Shown: positions 7,519 through 17,066, numbered from the stretch's first letter. The stretch: DNA of 48,865 nt from Thermoanaerobaculia bacterium (GCA_046260175.1 JBHEPS010000005.1:8636-57500); one strand, 5' to 3'. The notes: generated by a model from the letters alone, not told the origin. Numbers and translations are program-made.

Positions 7519-10257
7519 ATGCGACGTCGCAACCATATCCGGAACCTTCTGATCGGTCTCCTGACCGTCATCCTCGTCGCCGGGGCTTTCAATTCCTTCC
7601 AGCGCAAGCGCTCGTCATTCGAAAGGCTCGATTTCCACTGGATCTGGCAGGAGGGTGTGATCCACGTGGATCGCGTCGATCCGGGAAGCGGTGCCGAAAG
7701 CTCCGGCCTGCGAGTCGGCGATCAGATCTGGGTCGTCGGCGGAGTGTCGAGTCACGAGCTGGACGGGCTGAAAGAAACGCTGCGTCACAGCGGGCCGATC
7801 CCACTGGTTGTGTGGCGGGACGGCCAGACGCTCGCGTTGCGCTACACGCCCCCTCCGCTGAAGATCGAATACCAGTACCTGTTTCTCACTCTCATCGGCT
7901 TTCTCTACCTTGCGATCGGGCTGTTCACGCTCTTCCGGGGGTCACGCGGAGAGAGTTCGCTCTTCTACCTTGTGACGCTGCTCGCGTTCGTGGTGTACGT
8001 CTATTCGCCCGCGGGAGAGCTCGACCTGACTTACAAGATCCTGTTCATGGTCGAGGAGATGGCGCGCATCTTCCTCCCTCCCCTCACTCTTCATTTCTTC
8101 CTTCGGTTCCCGAGGCCCCTGCTCACGAGCCGCCGCGCGATCGCTGCGATCTATGCGATCCCTTCGCTGCTGTTTCTCTGGGTGATCGATCTCTACCTGC
8201 TCGGTAATGCCGTGGCGATCGCGCCGGCCGCCACGTCGATCCGCCTGATCGACCGATGGGAGATGCTGCATTTCGCGGTGTACTTCACGCTCGCATTCAT
8301 CGCGCTGACGTACACGTTCCGGACATCACCCGCGATCGGCCAGAAAAAGCAGATCAAGTGGATCTACCTCGGGATGGCGGTCGGATTCATCCCGTTCCTG
8401 CTTCTCTACCTGATTCCGTTCGTGGCGAGCGGCGCCGGCTCCGGATACACGACCTTCGCGATCCTTCCGCTGGCCCTGATCCCTCTGGCGTTCGCCGTTT
8501 CGATTCTTCGCTACAAGCTGTGGGACGTCGAAGTGGTCATCAAGGAGGTGCTGGCCTACACCGTCACCTTCGTGTTCGGAATGATCGCGTTCTCTACCGT
8601 GAACGTGCTTCTCCAGAGCCTCCTCGAGGAGGGGCTCGCTCTCGAGAGAAACTTCCTCGCGTTCGCATCGGGGCTCCTGATCGCCGGCGTTCTGATCCCG
8701 GTGAAGGGACGCATCGAGACGCTGATCGAGATGTTTCTCTATCGGGAGACCTATCGCCACAGGCGGGCGATGACCGAGTTCGCTCGCGAGCTGTCGACTT
8801 TCCACGATCTGGCCGACTTGATCGAGTCGATCCGCGACCGCCTCGCGGCCGCCGTTCACGTCGATCAGACGAACCTCTACGTGCGCGAAGGCGATGCGCT
8901 CGTCCTCTATCACCCGCAGTCTCCCGTCCCTCCGGTCGTCCGCGAGAGCGATTTCGGGGCGCTTCCCGACGGCCGGCCGATGATTCTCGACGAGCCCCAT
9001 CTTCCTGAAGAGAGCGACCTCCCCATCCAGCTTCTCCGCACCGGATACCGCTACGTCTTCCCTCTCCGCCATCGCAGTGAGCTTCAGGGGTTGCTCCTGT
9101 GCGGGAACCGCCACGGGGAGGAGCCGCTGTCCCGGGACGATCTGCAACTGATCGGATCGATCACGGCGCCGCTGGCCCTGGCCATCGAGAACGCGAGACT
9201 CTACGGAAGGCTCCGCCGCCAGCTCGAGCAGATCCAGCTCCTCAAGGATTTCAACGAGAACATCATCGAGTCGTCCTCGTCGGCGATCGTCGTCGTCACC
9301 TCGGACGGCATCCTGCTCACCGCGAACCGCGCCTTCTGGACTCTGGTCGGAGTCGAGGCCGGAACCGTCGAGCCCATCGAGGCGATCTTCCCGCCGTACG
9401 CTGAGCTGTCTTCGAGCAATTCAGCCACCATCGAGGCCCGGTTCGAGAACCGGCGCGGCGAATCGAAAGAGCTTTCGGTGACCATCGGATCCTTCAGCGC
9501 CCCGGATGCGCCGTTCGGAACGCGAGTCATGGTGATCGGGGACATCACCGATCGCGTCCGGCTCGAGCGGGAGCTTCAGGAGAAAGAGCGCCTCGCCGCC
9601 CTCGGCCTGCTCGCCGCGGGCGTGGCGCACGAAGTCAACACTCCGCTCACCGGCATCTCGTCGTACGCACAACTACTCCTTTCCGACCTCGCTCCGGACG
9701 ATCCCCGATATTCGGTGCTCAAGAAAATGGAGCTCCAGACGTTCCGGGCATCGCACCTGGTCAACAACCTTCTCGACTTCGCCGCCAACCGTCAGAAGTC
9801 GGTCGATCGCGTCGATCTCGCCGAGATCATTCGCTCCACCCTCAGCCTCCACGAGATCCTGTTCCGCGGCAAGCAGATCCGCCTTCATGTCGAGACCGGC
9901 GAGCCGGTGTTCGTCCTCGGCAATCCCCACGAGCTTCAGCAGCTGCTGACCAACCTCGTCCTCAATGCCCGCGACGCAGTCGACACGGGAGGCAACGTCT
10001 GGGTGCTTCTCGACACGGTGGACTCGCACGCGCGGCTCCGCGTCCGAGACGACGGAAAGGGAATCCCGGACGACATCCGCGACCGGATTTTCCAGCCTCT
10101 GGTCACGAGCAAGCGAGGCCAGGGAGGTACCGGTCTCGGTCTCGCGATCTGCGAGAAGATCGTCCGCCAGCTCGGCGGCGAGATTTCCGTTGAAAGCGCG
10201 CCCGGGGCGGGTGCAACATTTTCGGTCCTTCTCCCGTTGTGGGGGGAGTCGGAATGA
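7519..10257 (+). CDS. Multidomain sensor histidine kinase (TM - PDZ - polytopic membrane block - GAF-like - PAS - HisKA - HATPase)
   Basis: The 912-aa product has a PDZ-like stretch (VDRVDPGSGAESSGLRVGDQIWVVGG...), then about 10 hydrophobic helices. The H-box is AAGVAHEVNTPLTGISSYAQLL, followed by N/G boxes (LVLNARDA..., GTGLGLAICEKIV). Confidence 0.9.
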   Translation: MRRRNHIRNLLIGLLTVILVAGAFNSFQRKRSSFERLDFHWIWQEGVIHVDRVDPGSGAESSGLRVGDQIWVVGGVSSHELDGLKETLRHSGPIPLVVWRDGQTLALRYTPPPLKIEYQYLFLTLIGFLYLAIGLFTLFRGSRGESSLFYLVTLLAFVVYVYSPAGELDLTYKILFMVEEMARIFLPPLTLHFFLRFPRPLLTSRRAIAAIYAIPSLLFLWVIDLYLLGNAVAIAPAATSIRLIDRWEMLHFAVYFTLAFIALTYTFRTSPAIGQKKQIKWIYLGMAVGFIPFLLLYLIPFVASGAGSGYTTFAILPLALIPLAFAVSILRYKLWDVEVVIKEVLAYTVTFVFGMIAFSTVNVLLQSLLEEGLALERNFLAFASGLLIAGVLIPVKGRIETLIEMFLYRETYRHRRAMTEFARELSTFHDLADLIESIRDRLAAAVHVDQTNLYVREGDALVLYHPQSPVPPVVRESDFGALPDGRPMILDEPHLPEESDLPIQLLRTGYRYVFPLRHRSELQGLLLCGNRHGEEPLSRDDLQLIGSITAPLALAIENARLYGRLRRQLEQIQLLKDFNENIIESSSSAIVVVTSDGILLTANRAFWTLVGVEAGTVEPIEAIFPPYAELSSSNSATIEARFENRRGESKELSVTIGSFSAPDAPFGTRVMVIGDITDRVRLERELQEKERLAALGLLAAGVAHEVNTPLTGISSYAQLLLSDLAPDDPRYSVLKKMELQTFRASHLVNNLLDFAANRQKSVDRVDLAEIIRSTLSLHEILFRGKQIRLHVETGEPVFVLGNPHELQQLLTNLVLNARDAVDTGGNVWVLLDTVDSHARLRVRDDGKGIPDDIRDRIFQPLVTSKRGQGGTGLGLAICEKIVRQLGGEISVESAPGAGATFSVLLPLWGESE

Positions 10258-10309
10258 CCTGAAGAGGCCGGAAGCGCACCGGGAAAGAGCCCACGACGAC
10301 GGAACACTG

Positions 10310-11722
10310 ATGAAAATCCTGATCATCGACGACGAAGAAGTACTTCGGGACGTCCTCGACGCGGTCCTCCGCCGCGAGGGCTTCGAAGTGATTCCCGCCG
10401 CGAGCGGCGAGGAGGGCCTCGCCTGCCTCGACCAGGATGACATCGACCTGATCATTCTCGACATGATGCTGCCGGGCATGAGCGGGTCCGAGGTCCTTCG
10501 GGTCGTGAGGCAGACCAATCCCGAGATCCCCGTCGTGATCATTACCGCCTACTCCTCGATCGACGGCGCGATCGTCGCGATGAAGCAGGGGGCGTTCCAC
10601 TACATCCCGAAGCCTTTCAAGAACGAAGAAGTCGTGCTCACGGTCAACAAGGCTCTCGAGCAGCGGCGCCTCTCCAACGAGAACCAGCGACTCAAGGCCG
10701 AGCTGTCGGAGAAGTACTCCTTCTCGAACATCATCGGAAAGAGCGAGCCGATGCGGAAGATCTTCGACCTGATCCGGCTCGCCGCTCCTTCGCGCTCGAA
10801 CATCCTGATCGCGGGAGAGTCGGGAACGGGTAAGGAACTGGTCGCGAAGGCAATTCACCATGCTTCCCCGCGCGCACGGATGCCGTTCGTGACGGTCAAC
10901 TCGGGCTCCCTGCCGCCCGAGCTGCTGGAGTCGAACCTGTTCGGCCACATCAAAGGGGCCTTCACCGGCGCGATCGCCACCAAGAGGGGGCTGTTCGAGG
11001 TCGCCGATGGAGGTTCGATCTTTCTCGACGAGATCGGTACGATCAACCTCGAGACTCAGGCCAAGCTGCTTCGCGTCATCCAGGAAAAAGAATTCATGCG
11101 GCTCGGCGCGGTCGAGACCATCCGGGTCGACGTCCGCATCATCGCAGCGAGCAACATCGAGCTGACCGAGCTGGTCGAAGCAGGCAACTTCCGCGAGGAT
11201 CTCTTCTACCGCCTCAACGTCATCAAGGTCTCGCTTCCTCCGCTCCGTCGGCGGCGCGAGGACATTCCCCTGCTCGTCTCGCATTTCCTCCAGAAGTACT
11301 CCGAGGAGAACCGGAAACGGATCCGTGAGCTCACGCCCGAGGCAATGAAGTACATCATGGATCATTCGTGGCCGGGGAATGTGCGGGAGCTCGAGAATAC
11401 GATCGAGCGCGCCGTGGTCCTCTGCACCAGCGACCGGATCGGGGTGGATCTTCTCCCCGAGTACCTGCGGTTCCCGAGACAGGACGACCATCCGGTCGTG
11501 ATCGTCCCCCCGGACGGTCTCTCGCTCAAGGATGCCGTCTCCCGGTACGAGAGAAGCCTGATCCTTCAGTCGCTGGAGCTCGCGAACGGCGTTCAGAAGC
11601 GCGCCGCCGAACTGCTTCAGGTCAAGCCATCGACTCTCAACGAGATGATGAAGCGGCTCGGCATTCACTCGTCCCAGATGTCCTCCTCGGTGCCTCAGCC
11701 CTCGGTCACGATCAACGACTGA
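10310..11722 (+). CDS. Sigma-54-dependent Fis-family response regulator (NtrC-like)
   Basis: The ATG at 10310 gives MKILIIDDEEVLRDVL...DLIILDMMLPGMSG (receiver domain). The AAA+ domain has GESGTGKELVAKAIH and the GAFTGA motif (IKGAFTGA). A C-terminal HTH follows (AAELLQVKPSTLNEMMKRLGI). It lies immediately downstream of the kinase. Confidence 0.92.
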   Translation: MKILIIDDEEVLRDVLDAVLRREGFEVIPAASGEEGLACLDQDDIDLIILDMMLPGMSGSEVLRVVRQTNPEIPVVIITAYSSIDGAIVAMKQGAFHYIPKPFKNEEVVLTVNKALEQRRLSNENQRLKAELSEKYSFSNIIGKSEPMRKIFDLIRLAAPSRSNILIAGESGTGKELVAKAIHHASPRARMPFVTVNSGSLPPELLESNLFGHIKGAFTGAIATKRGLFEVADGGSIFLDEIGTINLETQAKLLRVIQEKEFMRLGAVETIRVDVRIIAASNIELTELVEAGNFREDLFYRLNVIKVSLPPLRRRREDIPLLVSHFLQKYSEENRKRIRELTPEAMKYIMDHSWPGNVRELENTIERAVVLCTSDRIGVDLLPEYLRFPRQDDHPVVIVPPDGLSLKDAVSRYERSLILQSLELANGVQKRAAELLQVKPSTLNEMMKRLGIHSSQMSSSVPQPSVTIND

Positions 11723-11773
11723 AGCCCGGGCTGCAGTAAGATCTCACTCCCCCGCCGGGGAAATCTTCCCAAA

Positions 11774-14329
11774 ATGAGGTTCGTCCAGCCGATGAGATCG
11801 ATCGCCGCTCTCCTGTTTCTTCTTCTGGCCTCTCCGCTCGCCGCAGCCCCGACGCCGGCCGGTTTCCTCGGATGGGAGATCGGAGAGCGATTCACCCCCC
11901 ATCACCGCATCCTGGACTACTTCGAGGCCCTCGCGGCCGCGCGTCCCGAGCGGATCTCGGTCGAGCATTTCGGCGCCACCGTGGAACGCCGTCCCCTCAC
12001 CTATGCGGTGATCACGTCCGACGCGAACCGCGCCCGGCTCGCCGAGATCCGCCGGGCGGTCGCTTCACTCTCCGACCCCAGGCCCCTGAGCCAGTCCGAG
12101 GCTCAGGCCATCGTCGACGGCATGCCGGCGGTCGTGTGGCTGGCGTTCGGCGTTCACGGCGATGAGGCCTCGTCTGCCGAGGCCGCGATGCTCGTCGCGG
12201 ACCGCCTCATGAAGGACGACGACGAAGTCCGCGCGATCCTGGACCAGACGATCGTCATCATCGACCCTCTGCTGAATCCGGACGGCCGCGAACGGTACAT
12301 CAACTGGTTCGAGAGTCGGGTCGGCGCGCTCCCCGACCCCGAGCCCGAAGCGCTCGAGCACCATCAGCCGTGGCCGGGAGGCCGGTTCAATCACTATCTC
12401 GTCGACATGAATCGAGACTGGCTCTGGACCAGTCAGCCGGAGTCGCAGGCGCGCGTCCGCGCCTACCTTCAGTGGAAGCCGCAGGTGTTCGTCGACTTCC
12501 ACGAGATGTGGCACGACTCCAACTATTTCTTTCCGCCCGACGCCGATCCGATCAACGCCAACATCGACCCCGACACCTCTGCCTGGCTGGATCAGTTCGG
12601 ACGCGCGAACGCGGAGGCATTCTCGGCACGAGGTTGGCCCTTCTTCGTCGGAGAGCATTTCGATCTCTTCTACCCCGGATACGGCGACTCCTGGCCCTCG
12701 CTTCAGGGTGCCGTCGGAATGACCTACGAGATGGCGGGTCACGGCTTCGCCGGGAGAGCCGTCGAGAGAGAAGATGGCTCGATCCTCACGCTCGCCGACC
12801 GGGCGGAGCGCCACTTCACCTCCGCAATGGCGACTCTCCGGACCGCAGCGGCGAATCGCCGCCAACTCCTCGCTCACACACTGGGCGTGGTCAGGCGCCA
12901 GCTCGACGCCCCCGAGATCAACTGGCTCATCCCTCCCGGCTCACCGAACCTTCCTTCGGCGCTCGCCATGCTCGAACGTCAGAACATCGAGATCCGGCAA
13001 CTGGTCTCCTCCCGCAGGATCGAATCGCGCCCCGCAGCCGACCGGGGCCGGCCTCCCGCGGAGTTTCCCGCCGGAACGGTGGTGATCTCATCGAGGCAGC
13101 CGATGGGCGCTCTCGTCCGGACACTCTTCGAAAAGACGCCCGCGATCGACCGCAGTTTCATCGAAGCCCAGCGCGAGCTGGTCGACGCGGACGAGCCGGA
13201 CCAGTTTTACGACATTACCTCCTGGTCGCTTCCGCTCGCTTTCAATCTGGACGCGTGGGTCACGGAGGCGAAGATCCCCCCGGCCGCTCTCGCAAACTGG
13301 GGCGCACCTCCCCCGCCACCGCCACCGGGCGACGCGAGATTCGGCTGGATCGTCGACGCCCGCGACCCCGAGCTGTATCGACTTGCGGGAGAGCTCCTCC
13401 GACGCGAACTCCATTTCAGCGTCATCAACGCCGAGCTCACTCACGGCGGGCGTAACTTCGCGCGCGGCAGCCTGCTCGTTCAAAAGCACAACAACGTTTC
13501 CGACATCCTCGGCGCCCTCGTCGAAAGTCATCGGGTCGCTCCGGCCTCCTTCGTGGCGGTCGATTCCGGATGGAGCGGCGGAATGGCTCTCGGCTCGAAC
13601 AAGGTCGCGTATGTCCGCGATCCGCGAATCGCGATCGTGGGTGGAGACGGGGTCTCGCCCACCTCGTTCGGCCACCTCTGGCACACCTTCGACCGCGAGA
13701 TGAAAATTCCTTACACGGCCCTCACGGCGAATCGCCTGGGCGCGGCCGATCTGTCGAAGTTTCGAGTCCTGATTCTCGCGGACGGTCCGGGCTGGGAACA
13801 ACAGCTCGGGAAACCGGCGCTCGATCGCCTCGCCGGATGGGTCGAAGCGGGCAATACCCTGATCGCGATCGGGCGGAGTGCCCGCGTCCTGCGTGCCGAG
13901 GAAAAGCCGATCTCGAGTACCCGGCTCTGGCAGCCGGAGAAGCCGGAGGACGAGAAGGATGCTCCCCCCGCCCGCTACCATGACTTCGGCGTCCCCGGAG
14001 CCGCTTTCAGCACCACCATGAACGAGCGAAGCTGGCTGACTTTCGGCCTCGAGAAAGCGCCGGCGGTGCTGGTCAGCGGGAGCGATGTCCTGCTTCCGGT
14101 TTCCTACCAGATCGACAACATTCTCCGCCTGCCGGATCACGATCCACTCGTGGGAGGATTCGCATGGCCGGAGTCGATTGAACGGCTGGAAGGATCGGCG
14201 TGGCTCGTGGTGGAGAAGAAGGGGCGCGGAAGAGTGATCACGTTCGCTGGCGAGCCGTACTTCCGCTCGTTCTGGCGGGGGACCCTGCCTCTGCTGCTCA
14301 ACGCGGCTCTCTATTCGCCGTCGTTCTGA
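11774..14329 (+). CDS. Secreted M14-family zinc carboxypeptidase-like protein with a large C-terminal extension
   Basis: The signal-like N-terminus is MRSIAALLFLLLASPLAAAP. The M14 motifs are GVHGDEASSAEAAM and DPLLNPDGRERY. The product is 851 aa. Confidence 0.8.
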   Translation: MRFVQPMRSIAALLFLLLASPLAAAPTPAGFLGWEIGERFTPHHRILDYFEALAAARPERISVEHFGATVERRPLTYAVITSDANRARLAEIRRAVASLSDPRPLSQSEAQAIVDGMPAVVWLAFGVHGDEASSAEAAMLVADRLMKDDDEVRAILDQTIVIIDPLLNPDGRERYINWFESRVGALPDPEPEALEHHQPWPGGRFNHYLVDMNRDWLWTSQPESQARVRAYLQWKPQVFVDFHEMWHDSNYFFPPDADPINANIDPDTSAWLDQFGRANAEAFSARGWPFFVGEHFDLFYPGYGDSWPSLQGAVGMTYEMAGHGFAGRAVEREDGSILTLADRAERHFTSAMATLRTAAANRRQLLAHTLGVVRRQLDAPEINWLIPPGSPNLPSALAMLERQNIEIRQLVSSRRIESRPAADRGRPPAEFPAGTVVISSRQPMGALVRTLFEKTPAIDRSFIEAQRELVDADEPDQFYDITSWSLPLAFNLDAWVTEAKIPPAALANWGAPPPPPPPGDARFGWIVDARDPELYRLAGELLRRELHFSVINAELTHGGRNFARGSLLVQKHNNVSDILGALVESHRVAPASFVAVDSGWSGGMALGSNKVAYVRDPRIAIVGGDGVSPTSFGHLWHTFDREMKIPYTALTANRLGAADLSKFRVLILADGPGWEQQLGKPALDRLAGWVEAGNTLIAIGRSARVLRAEEKPISSTRLWQPEKPEDEKDAPPARYHDFGVPGAAFSTTMNERSWLTFGLEKAPAVLVSGSDVLLPVSYQIDNILRLPDHDPLVGGFAWPESIERLEGSAWLVVEKKGRGRVITFAGEPYFRSFWRGTLPLLLNAALYSPSF

Positions 14330-14349
14330 GGAATCCGAGAGATCTTCTG

Positions 14350-14382
14350 AAAAAAAAGACGCCGCAACCCGAAGGTTGCGGC
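14350..14382 (-). terminator. Strong intrinsic terminator oriented for the minus strand, with no minus-strand gene upstream of it
   Basis: The minus strand reads GCCGCAACC-UUCG-GGUUGCGGC. That is a 9-bp GC stem with a C(UUCG)G tetraloop, followed by GUC and eight U (the A8 run at 14350-14357 on plus). On the plus strand only a weak AUCUUUCGUC tail follows. Confidence 0.75.
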
Positions 14383-14660
14383 ATCTTTCGTCGCGGGCGG
14401 ACAGGTGTCGCTTCGATGCGTCGGGCTGCAGCTGCGCAACCCGTTATCGGGTCGTACAGGCCGAGGGTCGGGCTCTGCCTCGGTAAGGAGGGAGCGTCGC
14501 CTCGAATCCGTCCGCGAACTCCAGTTGTCAATTCGGCTGCCGGCTCGAATCCTGCCGATCCGGCGCGATCACACTACCAAAACAGGAGGCGGCCGGAAGG
14601 TATTCGGCATCACAGCGAAATTTGCCGCTGAGAGCGCCAGACCGAGTTCGCCTGCGCTAC
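14383..14660 (-). ncRNA. Candidate small or structured RNA of unknown class (5' end undefined)
   Basis: This is a 340-bp CDS-free gap between two plus-strand genes. It ends in the minus-oriented terminator at 14350-14382. It contains several local hairpins (14461-14483, 14439-14452) and a duplicated CTCGAATCC motif (14501-14509, 14544-14552). No match by eye to RNase P, SRP, tmRNA or tRNA cores. Confidence 0.3.
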
Positions 14661-14670
14661 CATTCGGCCG

Positions 14671-15486
14671 ATGAGGATTCGCCCGCCTGCAGTCGCTGGA
14701 ACGTTCTATGAGGCCGAGCCCGGGCGCCTCCGGCGGCAGGTCGAGAACTGCTTCGCCGATGCGGCGTCTCCCGCCGTACGGAGAAAAGTCATCGCTGCAG
14801 TGGTGCCCCACGCGGGACTCATGTACAGCGGCGCCGTGGCGGCGTGCGTTTACGCGGCGGCCGAGATACCCCAACGGGTGATTCTCCTCGGCCCGAATCA
14901 CACGGGCCGTGGCCACACCGCGGCGATCGAGAGCTCGGGGGCCTGGCGCACACCCATGGGCGACGTTCCGATCGATGAGGAGCTCGCGGCCGCGCTCAAG
15001 TCGGCAGCGCCGATGCTGGAGGAAGATCACCGCGCGCACGACCGCGAGCATTCGCTCGAGGTCCAGCTGCCGCTCCTCCAGGCCGTCCGCGAAAACTTCA
15101 GTTTCGTGCCGATCTGCCTCTCGGTCCCGACTCTCGAACGATGCGAGGAAATCGGTCGGGCGATCGCGTCGGTCGTTCTCGCCAGCGAGGACCCGATCGC
15201 CATTTTCGCGAGCTCCGACCTCAATCATTACGAAAGCCAGCAGATCACCCTTCGGAAGGATCTCGAAGCCATCGAGCCGATCCTCGCGCTCGATTCCGCT
15301 GCGCTCTGGCGGACCGTCCGTGACGGGGACATCTCGATGTGCGGCTCGATTCCGACGGCGACCATGCTCGCCGCGGCGAAGGCGCTGGGAGCGACGGAAG
15401 GCGAGCTGCTCCGCCACGCGACTTCGGGCGATGTGAGCGGCGATTACGCCGCCGTCGTCGGCTATGCCGCGATCCTCATCTCCTGA
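14671..15486 (+). CDS. MEMO1-family protein (AmmeMemoRadiSam system protein B type)
   Basis: The product starts MRIRPPAVAGTFYEAEPGRLRRQVENCF and contains VVPHAGLMYSGAVAA and LGPNHTG. These are typical MEMO/AmmeMemoRadiSam-B signatures. It is 271 aa. Confidence 0.85.
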   Translation: MRIRPPAVAGTFYEAEPGRLRRQVENCFADAASPAVRRKVIAAVVPHAGLMYSGAVAACVYAAAEIPQRVILLGPNHTGRGHTAAIESSGAWRTPMGDVPIDEELAAALKSAAPMLEEDHRAHDREHSLEVQLPLLQAVRENFSFVPICLSVPTLERCEEIGRAIASVVLASEDPIAIFASSDLNHYESQQITLRKDLEAIEPILALDSAALWRTVRDGDISMCGSIPTATMLAAAKALGATEGELLRHATSGDVSGDYAAVVGYAAILIS

Positions 15487-16952
15487 TGCAGATCCTCTTC
15501 GCATCGGCTGAAGTCGCGCCCTTCGCCAAGACCGGGGGACTGGGCGACGTCTGCGGATCGCTTCCGAAGTTCCTTCCTCATTTCGGGCACGAGGTTCACG
15601 TCTTCTGCCCCTTCTACCGCGAAGTCCGCTCATGGTGCGAGCGCCACGCAGTGACGCTCGAGGGCCGCGGCCGCCTCCACATCGGCAACAGCAGCGGGCC
15701 GGGGGACTTCGAGATCCTCCGAACCGTTCTACCGGGAAGCGAGGTTCCCGTCTGGTTCGTCGCAAACGAGTACTACTTCGATCGGGGGGGACTCTACTGG
15801 GGTCGTGATGATGGTCTCGACGACAATCTCGAGCGGTACGCCTTCTTCTGCCGCGCCGTCGTCTCCGCCGCGGAACACCTCGGGCTGAAGTTCGATATCG
15901 TTCACGCCCACGACTGGCAGGCGGCGCTCCTGCCGATCTACCTCGATGCGGGCTTGCGTCGATCGAGATCTTTCGAAGGCGCCGCTTCGGTCTACACCAT
16001 CCACAACCTGAATTACCAGGGCCGCTACGGCATCGACCGGTTCCCCGCGCTCGAGCTCCCCCCGCGTTACCTCGGTCCGCAATCCCTGGAGTACTACGGA
16101 GACCTCGTCCTGATGAAGGGCGGCATCGTCTTCGCGGATCGAATCACCACGGTCTCTCCCACATACGCGGCTGAAATTCAGACGCCCGCTTTCGGCGCCG
16201 GTTTCGACGGGCTCCTGCGGGATTTCTCGCACAAACTGAGCGGAATCCTCAACGGGATCGACCCCGTCGAATGGAACCCCGCCTCCGACCCTTTCATCGC
16301 CGCGCCGTTCTCCGCGAGCGAGACCTCCGGCAAGAACGCCTGCAAGAAGGCGCTAAGGAAGGAAGCGGGACTCGACGCCGCCCCACGGACTCCGCTGCTC
16401 TGCGCGATCTCGCGCCTGGTGGAGCAGAAGGGGTTCGATCTTTTCATCCCCCTCATTCCGAGGCTCGTCCGCGCCGGATGGCAGGTTGCCATCCTCGGGA
16501 CGGGCGAGTACGACCTCGAGCAGCAGTTGCGATCCGTCTCCGAGGCGCATCCCGGCTCCGTCGTCGTCTGGACCCGCTTCGATACACCCCTGGCCCATCG
16601 CATCATCGCGGGCTCCGACGCCACCGTCATGCCTTCCCGCTACGAGCCATGCGGCCTCAACCAGATGTACGCTCTTCGTTACGGGACCCTTCCGATCGTC
16701 CGGTCCACCGGAGGGCTGGCGGATTCCGTCGAAGGGTGGGATGGATCCAACCCGGGGTCAGCCACCGGCTTTTCCTTCATCCTTCCCCGAGAGGAGGCTC
16801 TCAATCAGGCGCTGCTGGTCGCCAGGATGGCCTTCCGCGACCGGGCGCTCTGGAGTGGGATTCAGCGGCGCGGAATGGAGCGCGACTTCTCCTGGGACGC
16901 ATCGGCGGCGGAATACGACCGCCTCTACCGTTCCGTCGGCCCCGGCGGGTAG
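15486..16952 (+). CDS. glgA: Glycogen synthase (ADP-glucose type)
   Basis: The ATG at 15486 overlaps the upstream TGA (TGATG). The N-terminus MQILFASAEVAPFAKTGGLGDVCGSLPK is the classic GlgA KTGGL motif. The C-terminus reads PSRYEPCGLNQMYALRYGTLPIV. Confidence 0.93.
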   Translation: MQILFASAEVAPFAKTGGLGDVCGSLPKFLPHFGHEVHVFCPFYREVRSWCERHAVTLEGRGRLHIGNSSGPGDFEILRTVLPGSEVPVWFVANEYYFDRGGLYWGRDDGLDDNLERYAFFCRAVVSAAEHLGLKFDIVHAHDWQAALLPIYLDAGLRRSRSFEGAASVYTIHNLNYQGRYGIDRFPALELPPRYLGPQSLEYYGDLVLMKGGIVFADRITTVSPTYAAEIQTPAFGAGFDGLLRDFSHKLSGILNGIDPVEWNPASDPFIAAPFSASETSGKNACKKALRKEAGLDAAPRTPLLCAISRLVEQKGFDLFIPLIPRLVRAGWQVAILGTGEYDLEQQLRSVSEAHPGSVVVWTRFDTPLAHRIIAGSDATVMPSRYEPCGLNQMYALRYGTLPIVRSTGGLADSVEGWDGSNPGSATGFSFILPREEALNQALLVARMAFRDRALWSGIQRRGMERDFSWDASAAEYDRLYRSVGPGG

Positions 16953-17066
16953 AGTCGAGGGGGGCTCCGCCCCGATTTGGTGACGGAGTGTCCTCCGGTT
17001 GGCTCCGGCCGCTACCAAAACCGTCCAGCCCCGCCTGAAACCTCGCGATTTCCCCGGCGTATCAAA

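Noticed and set aside
14298-14531. A 77-aa minus-strand ORF in the sRNA-candidate region.
   Set aside because: It reads straight through the terminator hairpin and U-tract. It has an Arg/Pro/Gly-rich composition and no ribosome-binding site.
14496-14563. tRNA or tmRNA-like T-arm motifs (GNCTCGAATCC twice) in the 14.4-14.7 kb spacer. GCCGAGGG...CCTCGGTAA also faintly resembles the tmRNA PK1 region.
   Set aside because: The putative T-stems have mismatches (3/5 and 4/5 pairs). No complementary acceptor 5' strand lies at the right distance. There is no CCA-proximal acceptor and no plausible tag reading frame ending in a stop on either strand.
14575-14615. An SRP-RNA-like stretch (ACCAAAACAGGAGGCGGCCGGAAGGTATTCGGCA).
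   Set aside because: The GGAA loop is present, but the flanking bases do not form helix 8, and the conserved GGAAGCAGCC 3' side is absent.
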